Positions 40,881-51,367 are shown, numbered from the stretch's first letter. The stretch is DNA of 64,000 nucleotides from Candidatus Magasanikiibacteriota bacterium (GCA_052033375.1 JBPOJQ010000006.1:24791-88790), one strand, 5' to 3'. Notes: generated by a model from the letters alone, not told the origin. Made by a program: numbers and translations.

Positions 40881-42884
40881 ATGTATCTATCGCAACTTAT
40901 AGTAAGAAATTATAGATCAATAAAACAGTTAAATATTAATTTTGAAAAAGGAAAAAATATTATTGTTGGAAAAAATAACGCAGGAAAATCCAATATAATA
41001 AAGGCAATAGATCTTATACTTGGAGACACAAGTCCTACATACGAAAAGTTAGAAAATATAACTGATAATGATTTTTTCGGCGGTGACACTTCAAAAAACA
41101 TTTTAATTTTTGCAAAATTAAATCGTGAAGCAAAAGAACCTCTTAATTATGAGGAACTATACAAGTGCTATGGTTTTTATAGAGATACTAACCAGGTGAA
41201 TTTACCTGAAAATAATCCAGATATATTTTCTAGACATTTAGCTGTTTTATTTAAAACTAATCCTGAAGACTTGGAACGCGCAAGAAAAAAATATATTAAT
41301 CCAAAATTAAAAAATCAACGGACCTTTGAAAATGAATTTGATAACAAACATGAATTCGGCCTAGTATTTTATGCTCATAAAGATGATCACGGCAGAATTA
41401 ACAAAGAAATGAGATTTATATATAGAGAAGGATCTGGTCAAAATTGGGTGGTCGCTTTTTCGGCAGCAGCAAGGAATGGATTATTACAAAGCGCAATAAT
41501 TCCTTCTTTTAGGGATCCTCAGAATCAATTAAGAATAAGTAGTTGGAGTTGGTATGGAAAATTATTAAAAAGCGTGGTCGATCCTAATAATAAAAATTTA
41601 CAAAAAGCATTTCAAGAGGTTAAAATTGCATCTGAAGATGTTTTTTCTCAGCTTGAAACTAAAATTAATAATAGTAAAGTTAAAGTTGCTTTTCCAAATA
41701 CTAAAATTTCCTTTCAATTTAATCCAGACACTAAGCAGGACATTCATAAGAGTGCATTGGTTTATGTTGACGATGGTTTTAAGAGTCAATTACAAGATAA
41801 AGGATCGGGAATACAAAGTGCCGTGATAATAGGATTATTTGATTTTTATACACGAGAGATTGCACATCAAGGAAATTCATTGCTGGCAGTTGAAGAACCA
41901 GAACTCTATTTACATCCTCATGGACGAAGAGTGCTCTCTAACAGATTAGACGATTTTTTAGATGGGAATAAAAATCAAGTTATTATTACTACCCATTCAC
42001 CTGAATTTATTAGTACAGCAAATGATAGGTTTAATATAGTAGTGGCTTGTAAAAATGAAGAAGGAAAGACAGAGGCAAAAAATGTTAATTTTAGTAATGC
42101 TAAAGAAAGACAAATTTTAATAAAAAATCAAAATGCTGAAATGTTTTTTGCTGATTGTGTAATTTTGGTTGAAGGCGGAGGTGATAAATATATTCTTGAA
42201 ATGGTGGCTAAAAAATTTGGTGAAGAAAAAAATATAGGATCAAATTGGTTAAATGATAATAACATCTCTGTTATTCCTGTAATTGGAAAATCCGAATTTT
42301 ATAAATATGCTAAAAAATTAAAAGAAGCGAATATTGATTGTTATATTTTTGCAGATTTTGATTATCTTTGTTCAAAATTAGCAGAATGTTTAACCGAACT
42401 CGATTATAAAGAATTAAAAAATGATCATAACACTGTTAATGGTAAGATTAAAAAGATTCCAAATGAAAAATGTGAGGCGTGTAAACAAAATATTAAAGCA
42501 CAATCTTACCCTAAGAGAATAGATGAATTAACAGATAAAGCCCTAAAGACAGAGGTGGAATCTTTTATTGCAAAACTATCAGATAGTAAAATTTATATTT
42601 GTGCCGATGAATTAGAAGATCGTTATAGAGACAAAAACTTAATTAAAGGTATCAGTGGTAAAGAAGAAGCAGCTTTACATATAGTGGGGCATATTTTAGA
42701 AACTAATAAAGATATTAATGACCTTATTGAGTTAAAAGATTTTTGGAATATTTTTGATAAAATATTAGAACATAAAAAAATACCACCTAAAACACAAAAT
42801 AGCTCAGAAAAGAAAGTCCCCACAGACTTACCTAATGATCTTGATAGTAACTTAGAATTAGAATCAAATGAGAACATTTTTTAA
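40881..42884 (+). CDS. OLD-family ATP-dependent endonuclease (ABC ATPase plus TOPRIM)
   Basis: GKNNAGKS, GSGIQS, VEEPELYLHP, TTHSP, LVEGGGD, DFD. Confidence 0.9.
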   Translation: MYLSQLIVRNYRSIKQLNINFEKGKNIIVGKNNAGKSNIIKAIDLILGDTSPTYEKLENITDNDFFGGDTSKNILIFAKLNREAKEPLNYEELYKCYGFYRDTNQVNLPENNPDIFSRHLAVLFKTNPEDLERARKKYINPKLKNQRTFENEFDNKHEFGLVFYAHKDDHGRINKEMRFIYREGSGQNWVVAFSAAARNGLLQSAIIPSFRDPQNQLRISSWSWYGKLLKSVVDPNNKNLQKAFQEVKIASEDVFSQLETKINNSKVKVAFPNTKISFQFNPDTKQDIHKSALVYVDDGFKSQLQDKGSGIQSAVIIGLFDFYTREIAHQGNSLLAVEEPELYLHPHGRRVLSNRLDDFLDGNKNQVIITTHSPEFISTANDRFNIVVACKNEEGKTEAKNVNFSNAKERQILIKNQNAEMFFADCVILVEGGGDKYILEMVAKKFGEEKNIGSNWLNDNNISVIPVIGKSEFYKYAKKLKEANIDCYIFADFDYLCSKLAECLTELDYKELKNDHNTVNGKIKKIPNEKCEACKQNIKAQSYPKRIDELTDKALKTEVESFIAKLSDSKIYICADELEDRYRDKNLIKGISGKEEAALHIVGHILETNKDINDLIELKDFWNIFDKILEHKKIPPKTQNSSEKKVPTDLPNDLDSNLELESNENIF

Positions 42885-42896
42885 GATTTTCATAAA

Positions 42897-44360
42897 ATGG
42901 AAAGCAATAGATTTTTTCAAAAACTAAGTGAAGTATCTCCATTAGTAAACAATTACGCGTTTAATTTTTTTGAAATATCCAAGTATGGGAGTTTTAAAGA
43001 ATCACTTGAGAAAGTAAATCATAAAGATTTCATAAGTAAATGTTACGAAGGTTTTAAAATCGCTCAGGATAAATTAATCGAAAATATTTTGGAGATTGAA
43101 TCAGAAATTGAGAAAATAAAAAGCGAAATCAATGAATATGAAAGAGGTAAAAAGAAATCATCTTTAAAAGATGATTCTCATTATTTAGGAATGAATCGAC
43201 AAAAAAATGACCTAATTTTTCAAAGAGCTTCTTTTAGAGAATTAGCCAATGTTATTGTCTGGACAATTTTTTTAGAACAAAGAACAGATATTAAGAGTTT
43301 TATAAAATTAAGTAACAGTGATGGATATTTAAAAGACAGAGATATTGAAAATTGCATAAAGGTTGCAAGACAAATAAATAATGATAGTAATACTTTTGCT
43401 CTAATTACTGACATTACCTCTACTCTTCATGTTGGAGACCTGATTGTAGTGGAAGAAGGTAAAATATCTGTAACTGAAGTTAAAAGAGATACTAAGATAA
43501 ATAATTTAATATCAAATATTGTTGAATATCCAAAAGATCCTAAAGATACAAAAATTTTTCTTGAAGAACTCATACAAACTTATGGTGTTAAGGGTGTTAA
43601 GCAGCTTCAAAGAAACATGCGTCAAATGATAAGAATGCATAATATTAAAGAGTACATTGAAAAAGATGAAGTTTTTGATTTTGATTTAAATCAAAAGAAA
43701 TATGCTTTTGAGGTTTCAACTCCGGATATAGATTTCATGAAATTCTTAGAAATGGCATTAGATGAGTTTTACAAACATGAAAGAAAAATGTTTGTTTTTC
43801 CTACAGACTGTTGTTTCGTAGGAATTGTAAGAAAAAATGGAGAAAAATCAGAAATAGCTTTTAAATTGGATTTTAAACATGACATATATCATAGACTATT
43901 TAAAAATTGGGACGAATGCGCGTTTAGTAATAAAGATAAGCCAGGATTTACAAAAGAAAATATTCCAGAAATGTTTTTATATCATAAGTTGGATATATAT
44001 TCTTTTAAAGACAAAGTATTTTTTCCGGCACAGCGGCCACTTTTTTTGAGTCTGAAACAGGAATATGTAATTGACTTGTTGACTGACAAGATTGCTATCT
44101 ATATTTATTTTGATCCAGATCGTCTAATAGAAATGGCTAAAGAAAGAAAATTAAAAATGGAATTTGTAAAAAAGACCTCGAAAATAAAAGATCATCCTTA
44201 TAAAAATGAATTTCCTTTTTTCGAAAAGGGTTATATGCAGGTAAGTAATAAGGAAACAAAACTAATAATAGGCTATGGAATTATATTGAGAATAGTTTAT
44301 GAATTGCAGTCTGGATATAATTTGATTGAACATTTAAAAGAAGACCTTAAAAAGATTTAG
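42897..44360 (+). CDS. Hypothetical protein, putative PD-(D/E)xK nuclease with coiled coil
   Basis: DITSTLHVGDLIVVEEGKISVTEVK resembles the D...ExK motif. Confidence 0.6.
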   Translation: MESNRFFQKLSEVSPLVNNYAFNFFEISKYGSFKESLEKVNHKDFISKCYEGFKIAQDKLIENILEIESEIEKIKSEINEYERGKKKSSLKDDSHYLGMNRQKNDLIFQRASFRELANVIVWTIFLEQRTDIKSFIKLSNSDGYLKDRDIENCIKVARQINNDSNTFALITDITSTLHVGDLIVVEEGKISVTEVKRDTKINNLISNIVEYPKDPKDTKIFLEELIQTYGVKGVKQLQRNMRQMIRMHNIKEYIEKDEVFDFDLNQKKYAFEVSTPDIDFMKFLEMALDEFYKHERKMFVFPTDCCFVGIVRKNGEKSEIAFKLDFKHDIYHRLFKNWDECAFSNKDKPGFTKENIPEMFLYHKLDIYSFKDKVFFPAQRPLFLSLKQEYVIDLLTDKIAIYIYFDPDRLIEMAKERKLKMEFVKKTSKIKDHPYKNEFPFFEKGYMQVSNKETKLIIGYGIILRIVYELQSGYNLIEHLKEDLKKI

Positions 44361-44375
44361 TTTATAGTGTTTACT

Positions 44376-45149
44376 ATGAATTTTGATATAGAAGTTTTTA
44401 ATAAAAAAACTCAAGATTTTATTAAAGAAATAGAGCAAGAATTTGGTCATGAGATTAGAGTTGAATACATTGATTTAGAAGAAGGGCATAGTGGTTTTTG
44501 TAATGTCGATGAAACGGGTACACCAACTGTAACATTAAATTCCAATGAAAAAGATGCTGAGAAAATAAAACATTTTTTAATTCATGAAACTTATCATCTT
44601 AGATTACTATTAAATAAGTTTCCAATGTTTGCTTCTGTGGGAAATGCGCAGGTAGTCTATGTGCCAGAGTACTATAAATATATAAGTAACAATTTTTGGG
44701 ATAAAATTGTGCATTCATATTTTTATCCTAAAATAAAAAATGAACTAGATCATGATCCGTATAAACATTTCGAACCAGATTTTAATTTGATTAAAAATAG
44801 TTTATTGGAAAAGAAATTTAGTGAGAACTCAGATGACGTAAAAAAAATGCGAATAATCGGTTGGTATCACCAAATTTGGGCCGAAGGGAAAAAAGAGGAT
44901 CTATTAGAGTATGAGAGTTTAGTTAAGGAGTATCATAATAGTCTCGGTTTAAAAGAGAGCGAAAAAATGATTAAAATATTTGAAAAAAGAGATATTAAAA
45001 ATTCTAAGGATCTGATCGATATTTTCATTGAATTTTTTAATGCTATACACGAGGATAGAGAAATAATTTTAGTAAGTGAAGAGGTTAAATTGAGAGGGAG
45101 TTTTGAATTGCAGGTCGCATATTTTACTGTTTATAAGCTGGATAAATAA
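44376..45149 (+). CDS. Hypothetical protein with an HExxH zinc-metallopeptidase-like motif
   Basis: FLIHETYHLRL preceded by SGFC and a short beta-rich segment, as in ImmA/IrrE-like zincins. Confidence 0.6.
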   Translation: MNFDIEVFNKKTQDFIKEIEQEFGHEIRVEYIDLEEGHSGFCNVDETGTPTVTLNSNEKDAEKIKHFLIHETYHLRLLLNKFPMFASVGNAQVVYVPEYYKYISNNFWDKIVHSYFYPKIKNELDHDPYKHFEPDFNLIKNSLLEKKFSENSDDVKKMRIIGWYHQIWAEGKKEDLLEYESLVKEYHNSLGLKESEKMIKIFEKRDIKNSKDLIDIFIEFFNAIHEDREIILVSEEVKLRGSFELQVAYFTVYKLDK

Positions 45150-45250
45150 GTTCCTATTTCATCCCACAGCCAGAGCTAATAAAAAATACCCTATCCACGG
45201 GTATTTTGTTTTTACATTATCATGATATACTATATGCCTAATTTTAGTAT

Positions 45251-45916
45251 ATGATCGACCAACTCGTCACCTACATCCAATCACTCATCGCGACCTACGG
45301 CGCATGGGGAGTATTCCTCGCAACCATGATTGAGGAAATCATCGCCCCAATCCCCTCACCTATCGTCCCTCTTGCCGCAGGCTTTTTCCTCATCACCCCC
45401 GAGATAACATCACTCATACAAATATTGATCAAAATAGGCGTCGTCATTGCTCTCCCCGTGACCGCGGGCATTACCATAGGATCTGCCTGTGTATATGCGA
45501 TTGGTTTTTTTGGCGGGAAACCAGTACTTGATCGGACCAAAAAATGGCTGGGCTTCGGATGGGACGATGTACAAAAAGTAGAAACTCGTCTCCACAAAGG
45601 AAAGAAAGACGAATGGGTGTTATTTTTTCTCCGCATGATTCCGATTGTACCAGGTGTCGCTATTTCCGGTTTATGTGGCATCATACGCTATCCGTTTTTC
45701 AAATTCATCACTATCACCATGCTCGGGGCATGTCTGCGAGCATTCATTCTCGGAATTATTGGATGGAAAGTGGGAGAAGTATATGGCGCGTTTGCACATA
45801 CGGTAGAAAAGAGTGAAGATTATATTCTATATGCGGTTATCGGCATATTGTTCATATGGGGAGTATATTACTTTTTTAAAAAACGTACATTAAAAAATAA
45901 CATCACACAACCATAA
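45251..45916 (+). CDS. DedA/VTT-family membrane protein
   Basis: EEIIAPIPSPIVPLAAG, FLRMIPIVP. Confidence 0.9.
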   Translation: MIDQLVTYIQSLIATYGAWGVFLATMIEEIIAPIPSPIVPLAAGFFLITPEITSLIQILIKIGVVIALPVTAGITIGSACVYAIGFFGGKPVLDRTKKWLGFGWDDVQKVETRLHKGKKDEWVLFFLRMIPIVPGVAISGLCGIIRYPFFKFITITMLGACLRAFILGIIGWKVGEVYGAFAHTVEKSEDYILYAVIGILFIWGVYYFFKKRTLKNNITQP

Positions 45917-45918
45917 AT

Positions 45919-46644
45919 ATGCATCGGTCATCACATGCTATTCTCGTAATCCTCACAGCACTCATCACTCTCGGTGCTGGCTGTACCAACACAGAGATGA
46001 AAAGAACTTACATCTCAAGCGATGGACCCACCGCAGAAGAACTATTTGTAAAAAAAGAATCTACGCCAACTAACAACAATCAATCGACCTCGAGCCCACC
46101 ATCTCAATTACTAGCTACTTCACCTAATTCACCTACTACAACCACAAATTCTATGGAATTCAATGCTTCAAAACATTACACTGCGATACTACATACCAGC
46201 AAAGGTAATATTGAAATCGAACTTAATTTTGGACAAACGCCAAATACGGTAAAAAACTTTGTCGATCTCGCAAGAAAAAATTTCTACGATCAGACAATTT
46301 TCCACCGCGCAATCAACGGGTTCATGATCCAGGGTGGCGACCCCAATGGTGACGGTACAGGCGGACCTGGGTATCGATTCAATGACGAGCCATTCACCGG
46401 GGAATACACGCGTGGCGCAGTGGCTATGGCAAATGCAGGCCCAAACACCAATGGTAGTCAATTCTTTATCATGCATGCCGACAACCCCCTACCAAAAGCC
46501 TATACAATCTTTGGACGTGTAATCAAAGGAATGGAAGTGGTAGATGCGATTGCAACAGACAAAGTCACGATGAGCTCATCAGGAGAAATGTCAAAACCTG
46601 TATCGCCTACATCAATTACAACCGTCGAAATTCAAGAAAAATAG
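45919..46644 (+). CDS. Cyclophilin-type peptidyl-prolyl isomerase, lipoprotein
   Basis: LGAGC lipobox; FHRAINGFMIQGGDP, AMANAGPNTNGSQFFI. Confidence 0.95.
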   Translation: MHRSSHAILVILTALITLGAGCTNTEMKRTYISSDGPTAEELFVKKESTPTNNNQSTSSPPSQLLATSPNSPTTTTNSMEFNASKHYTAILHTSKGNIEIELNFGQTPNTVKNFVDLARKNFYDQTIFHRAINGFMIQGGDPNGDGTGGPGYRFNDEPFTGEYTRGAVAMANAGPNTNGSQFFIMHADNPLPKAYTIFGRVIKGMEVVDAIATDKVTMSSSGEMSKPVSPTSITTVEIQEK

Positions 46645-46717
46645 CTTACCATTGCTATTTTGAGAGAAATCTGATACACTCCCCGCTTATTCAAGAAATT
46701 CAATAATATACGTTCAT

Positions 46718-47248
46718 ATGGGTAATTTCAATCGAGGTGGCGGAAGATCATTTGGTGGCAAAAAATTCGGTGGCGACCGAGGTGGATTCCGAGGTGGCGA
46801 CCGCAGAGAAGGTGGCAGATCAGAAATGCATGCTGCTACGTGTAGTGAATGTGGCAACGCATGTGAAGTCCCCTTCCGACCTACCGGAGCCAGACCTATT
46901 TTCTGCAGCACGTGTTTTGGTAAGCAGAAAAGCCAGGAAGGCAAAAGTTTTGGCGGAGGATCACGTGAAAGAAGTTTTGACCGACCACGCTTTGAAAACA
47001 AACGCCCTGATTTTCGACAGGCTCCTATTCAGGACAACAAAGCAATCAACGAACTCAAACAACAGATGGAGATTATAAACAACAAACTTGAGCGAATTCT
47101 AAAAGCAGTGAGCCATGAATTTTCTGAAGAAAAACAACCAGAAAAAAAGAAAGAGTCAAAAGCACCAAAAAAATCTGAAGAGAAGAAAGAAGAAGTGGTT
47201 TCTGAAAAACCAAAAGCAAAAAAAGCTAAAACGAAAAAGAAGAAATAA
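46718..47248 (+). CDS. CxxC-x17-CxxC domain protein with RGG-rich N-terminus
   Basis: CSECGNACEVPFRPTGARPIFCSTCF. Confidence 0.88.
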   Translation: MGNFNRGGGRSFGGKKFGGDRGGFRGGDRREGGRSEMHAATCSECGNACEVPFRPTGARPIFCSTCFGKQKSQEGKSFGGGSRERSFDRPRFENKRPDFRQAPIQDNKAINELKQQMEIINNKLERILKAVSHEFSEEKQPEKKKESKAPKKSEEKKEEVVSEKPKAKKAKTKKKK

Positions 47249-47305
47249 TAGCTTACAAAAAAACATCCCGACTCAATCGGGATGTTTTTTATTCAGGAAA
47301 AAATA

Positions 47306-48064
47306 TTATGATTTATTCTCATGCTGATCGCAATAATACGCAATTGCATCGCGCATGAATACTGCCAACCCTGGACGAAATTTCTCATAGTATGCAGTAA
47401 ACCGTGGATCCTCTACATACATCTTCCCCAAATTGCGAAACATCTCGTAGCTGCAATCATAAAAGAAATTCACCCCTTCATGACTTTGCTTAATAAGCTT
47501 CTGTACATCAGAGTGTTCAATTCCCTTATCCATCGCGTCAGCAATTGCCTGCGTATGCTTTTTTCCATCTGCTTTTAGTTTTTCCATTTCTTTTTTTGTC
47601 ATCGTACCCACTTTCGCCATACTCTGACGGTACGCGTCGCTATTCCCCCACCGCTCCTTTACTTCATCCTGATACTGTTTTACCTCAGCGTCTTTGAACA
47701 CGTCATACAGTTCCTCATCGTTAATTTTGTGATTATTACTCATAGTTTTAATAGTTTTATTAATTGAATTAATTAATTTTTCAAGTCTCGCCTGCTTTAA
47801 TCGTATTAATTTTTTCTGATCTTTCAGCGCTTCGACTACGCTAAACTGAGGACGATTAAGCATACGCTTGATGTCTTCCAGTGGAAACTCTAGTTCGCGG
47901 AAAAAGAGTATTTGTTGCAAACGAATAAGTTCGGCATCCTCGTAATAACGATATCCATTCTTTTTGATGACCGAGGGCTTCAAAAGACCAATTTCATCAT
48001 AGTAATGAAGGGTGCGAACACTAATTCCTGCCAATTGTGCGAGACTGTGGACGGTATACGACAT
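47306..48064 (-). CDS. MerR-family regulator with TipAS-like ligand-binding domain
   Basis: SVRTLHYYDEIGLL, LQQILFFRELEF, LGKMYVEDPRF. Confidence 0.93.
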   Translation of the reverse strand: MSYTVHSLAQLAGISVRTLHYYDEIGLLKPSVIKKNGYRYYEDAELIRLQQILFFRELEFPLEDIKRMLNRPQFSVVEALKDQKKLIRLKQARLEKLINSINKTIKTMSNNHKINDEELYDVFKDAEVKQYQDEVKERWGNSDAYRQSMAKVGTMTKKEMEKLKADGKKHTQAIADAMDKGIEHSDVQKLIKQSHEGVNFFYDCSYEMFRNLGKMYVEDPRFTAYYEKFRPGLAVFMRDAIAYYCDQHENKS

Positions 48065-48085
48065 AGATAGGATCCTATAATACCT

Positions 48086-48116
48086 ATACTAAACTATAAC
48101 GTAACGTTAGGGTCAA
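48086..48116 (-). promoter_or_regulatory. MerR-type promoter with 19-bp spacer and dyad operator
   Basis: TTGACC-N19-TAGTAT containing the TAACGT-T-ACGTTA palindrome. Confidence 0.85.
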
Positions 48117-48180
48117 GAAAAGTTATCAACACGAGCACTCTGAGAGCAAAATAAAGTAAATATGCTATAATTTTGACACT

Positions 48181-49122
48181 ATGCCTGTCTATCTCTCAAT
48201 TATTATATTGATCGCGTTGTTTGGTCTTTTGGGATTTTCTGCAAACATTGTAGTCGATAATATAAAAAAAATTACACACAAACTCGGTGTGCCTATTTTC
48301 CTATTGGGACTAATTCTCGGATTACTCACCTCACTTCCCGAACTCTCGATTGCAATAAACGCAGCGATACGAGGAGTCGAGGATGTGTCAGTCGGAAATC
48401 TGCTTGGAGGAATTACAGTATTATTGGGATTAATTCTCGGATTGAATCTAGTACTCAACCGCAAAGTAAAGACCGATGGAAAAATAACGACACCACTCCC
48501 CGGTTTTTTACTCCTCATACTTCCTCTTATCATGGGATTAGACGGAACACTTGGCATCGGTGATGGAATTATTCTCTGCATCGGATATATCGCCGTACTC
48601 ATACACTTTTACAAACAAAATCACTATACTGCCGACCACCCTCATCCAGAAATCACAAAATACAACAAAAAAATAGCAAAAGAAATTGTCCTGATCGTCG
48701 GTGGATCGCTCGTCATCGTCGGTAGTTCAAATATCATGATACGCATCACAACCGATCTACTAAACCAATTCAACATATCGGGATTTTTGGTCGGGTTGAT
48801 GATTTTTTCTCTGGGAACCAATTTGCCAGAACTGACAGTTACCATCACTTCATGGAGAAAAAAAGTAAAAGAAGTAGCATTCAGTCATCTACTCGGTTCA
48901 GCGATTGCAAATCCGCTCATACTCGGTAGCATCGCATTACTTAGTCCCATATCCATCACCGTAGATCGATCATTCATGCTTATTCTGTATTTCTTCCCAA
49001 TTCTATTTATCATGCTGTTATACTTTTATCACTCACACAAAAATTTAAGCCGTGTTGAAGGCGTATTTTTGCTTCTCATGTTCATTACTTTTGGATACCT
49101 GCAAATGTACCTGTTGTATTGA
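48181..49122 (+). CDS. Calcium/sodium antiporter (CaCA family)
   Basis: Alpha repeats LTSLPEL...GNLLG and GTNLPEL...LLGSAIAN. Confidence 0.88.
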   Translation: MPVYLSIIILIALFGLLGFSANIVVDNIKKITHKLGVPIFLLGLILGLLTSLPELSIAINAAIRGVEDVSVGNLLGGITVLLGLILGLNLVLNRKVKTDGKITTPLPGFLLLILPLIMGLDGTLGIGDGIILCIGYIAVLIHFYKQNHYTADHPHPEITKYNKKIAKEIVLIVGGSLVIVGSSNIMIRITTDLLNQFNISGFLVGLMIFSLGTNLPELTVTITSWRKKVKEVAFSHLLGSAIANPLILGSIALLSPISITVDRSFMLILYFFPILFIMLLYFYHSHKNLSRVEGVFLLLMFITFGYLQMYLLY

Positions 49123-49214
49123 CAATACGCTTCTTACAAATACACACACCCAAAATGTCAGTAAAAACAGGTGTGGTGACAACTATCGACTACTCAGAGA
49201 TACGACAGAGAGTC

Positions 49215-49316
49215 AAAAAAACAAATACCCATTCGGAAGCTTCCAAAATGGGTATTATGTTATTTGAGTATCCTATACGCATCACAATCACAAGCATGTA
49301 ACTGCGATACAAAAGT
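49215..49316 (-). ncRNA. Candidate small RNA of about 100 nt
   Basis: TTGACG-N18-TACACT promoter, 14-bp hairpin with G-U pairs on the minus strand, intrinsic terminator. Confidence 0.4.
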
Positions 49317-49416
49317 GAATTAAGTGTATCATGCGATAAAATAAAACGTCAAAATTGGCTAACTGCTTTATTTTTTTGCCAATAAGTGATAACATATCCA
49401 CAAGTCACATACACCT

Positions 49417-50271
49417 ATGAAAGCTACACTCATTGACGGTAAACAACTCTCAGAAAAAATTCTTAGTTCTCTTAGAATTGAGATTACAAAACTCAAAACA
49501 CACGGAATCATACCAAAGTTGGCTATTGTGCACGTCGGCGACCATCAGCCTTCAAAAACCTATATCCGAAGAAAAGAAGAAGCGGCTAGATCAATCGGTA
49601 TCGATTTTGAATTGCATTCATATCCAGCGGATATTTCAAAAGAGGCCATCATCGGATATATCAAAAAAATTCAAAAAGATACAAAATTATCAGGCCTCAT
49701 CGTACAATTACCACTACCTGAGCCACTCGATACGGCCGACGTATTGAATGCAATAGATCCTGAACTTGATGTGGACTGTCTGACGGATACACAAATGGGG
49801 AAACTTGTGATGAATACACATACTATCGCTCCCCCGACTCCAGGAGCAGTATGCGAAATACTAGACATGCTGAATATAGACGTGCAAGGGAAGCACATCG
49901 TAATTGTCGGTGCAGGAGCACTCGTCGGAAAACCACTTTCAATCATGCTTCTCAATAAACTCGCGACAGTGACGATCTGCAATTCTCATACAAAAAATAT
50001 AAAATCAATTACCAAAAAAGCAGATATTCTTGTATCCGCGGCGGGGAAAAAAGACTTGATTACCAAATCTCACATAAAAAAAGGGTGCGTGGTGATTGAT
50101 ACGGGCATTGTGTTTGAAAATAAAAAAATGTATGGGGATGTTGATTTTAAAAAAGTCTCAAAGAAAGCATCCTACATCACTCCAGTGCCTGGAGGAGTAG
50201 GCCCAATTACTGTTGCATTACTTTTAAAAAATACAGTGACGCAAGCGAAAAGATTGAAAATTAAAAAATAA
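49417..50271 (+). CDS. folD: Methylenetetrahydrofolate dehydrogenase/cyclohydrolase
   Basis: IVQLPLP, DVD, GDVDF, TPVPGGVGPIT. Confidence 0.95.
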   Translation: MKATLIDGKQLSEKILSSLRIEITKLKTHGIIPKLAIVHVGDHQPSKTYIRRKEEAARSIGIDFELHSYPADISKEAIIGYIKKIQKDTKLSGLIVQLPLPEPLDTADVLNAIDPELDVDCLTDTQMGKLVMNTHTIAPPTPGAVCEILDMLNIDVQGKHIVIVGAGALVGKPLSIMLLNKLATVTICNSHTKNIKSITKKADILVSAAGKKDLITKSHIKKGCVVIDTGIVFENKKMYGDVDFKKVSKKASYITPVPGGVGPITVALLLKNTVTQAKRLKIKK

Positions 50272-50329
50272 AGATTGAAAATTAAAAAATACTCGATACC
50301 GAGTATTTTTATATAGTATTCCCCAATCC

Positions 50330-51367
50330 TTATTCCACAATCTTCGGTCGTAATTCTTTCAGAATATCTTCCAACTCCTCAAAACTTTCCACTTTCATCA
50401 ATTTCATCCGCAAATCTTTCGCTCCGTCCATTCTCTCCCCCATTCGTTCATTTTTGAAATACCACGCGAGATGTTTACGAAATGTAGGCATCGATCGTTT
50501 CTGAATTTCTTCTGGAGTAATACCATCAGCCTTGTTTTTCTTTCCCATCGCCCGGATACGTGACTGATACATCATATGGAGTTGTGCATGCTCCAATACC
50601 ACTCTCACTCGCTCAACCAGTGATACAGAAAAATCTGGATGCATATATTCTTTGAAAAACCATGGATTCCCGAGCGCCCCCCGAGCAATCAATACCCCAT
50701 CAGCGCCAGTAATCTCTAGAGCTTCATCGACCTGTCGTGGTTTGTGTATATCTCCATTTGCAAGTAGTGGAACAGTCGCGATTTTTTTTGCTTCAGCAAT
50801 TCTACCCCAATCAGAAACCCCAGTGTACCCCTGCTCTTTGGTACGACCATGTACCGTAATCAATTGTGCACCAGCTTCTTCGATTGCAGGAATGAAATAT
50901 TTGAAATCATCAGGTGAAGACCAGCCGAGACGAATTTTTATGGATACAGGAGTTGCACCAATTGCACGTTTAATTTCCCGAATGATATCTTGGGCAAGCT
51001 TTGGGTCTTTCATGAGGGCACAGCCATTAAAATTACTTGTAATTTTGTATACTGGACAACCCATATTGATATCAATACCTTCGGGGCCTGCATGCTCCAT
51101 CACAATCGCTGCTGCACGAGCCATCGTGAGTGGGTCTGAGCCAAAAATCTGCTGCACAATAGGGCGCTCTGCATCGACAAAATCAGTCATACCGAGAGTT
51201 TTTTCATTATCACGAACAATAGCTTCCGCAGAAACCATTTCACGAAACACGACATCTGCCCCGCCGATACTTCTCACAATTTGACAAAAGGCCGAATCAG
51301 TCATGTCAGCCATTGGTGAAAGCGCGAGAATTTTTTTATTTTTTTTCAAAATATTTGTAATCCACAT
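50330..51367 (-). CDS. dus: tRNA-dihydrouridine synthase
   Basis: LSPMADMTD, DINMGCP, ITVHGRT, ANGDI, ARGALGNPW. Confidence 0.94.
   Translation of the reverse strand: MWITNILKKNKKILALSPMADMTDSAFCQIVRSIGGADVVFREMVSAEAIVRDNEKTLGMTDFVDAERPIVQQIFGSDPLTMARAAAIVMEHAGPEGIDINMGCPVYKITSNFNGCALMKDPKLAQDIIREIKRAIGATPVSIKIRLGWSSPDDFKYFIPAIEEAGAQLITVHGRTKEQGYTGVSDWGRIAEAKKIATVPLLANGDIHKPRQVDEALEITGADGVLIARGALGNPWFFKEYMHPDFSVSLVERVRVVLEHAQLHMMYQSRIRAMGKKNKADGITPEEIQKRSMPTFRKHLAWYFKNERMGERMDGAKDLRMKLMKVESFEELEDILKELRPKIVE

Larger units (their letters stand above)
40411..45180. mobile_element. AT-rich genomic islet at tRNA-Gln (no integrase)
   Basis: Abrupt shift to AT-rich sequence after the tRNA repeats; degenerate ATCCC.....CAGAGCTAA at 45161-45179 resembles the tRNA 3' end. 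Confidence 0.65.

Noticed and set aside
50250-50291. 21-bp tandem duplication AAGATTGAAAATTAAAAAATA at the folD stop
   Set aside because: A simple local duplication with no effect on the protein.
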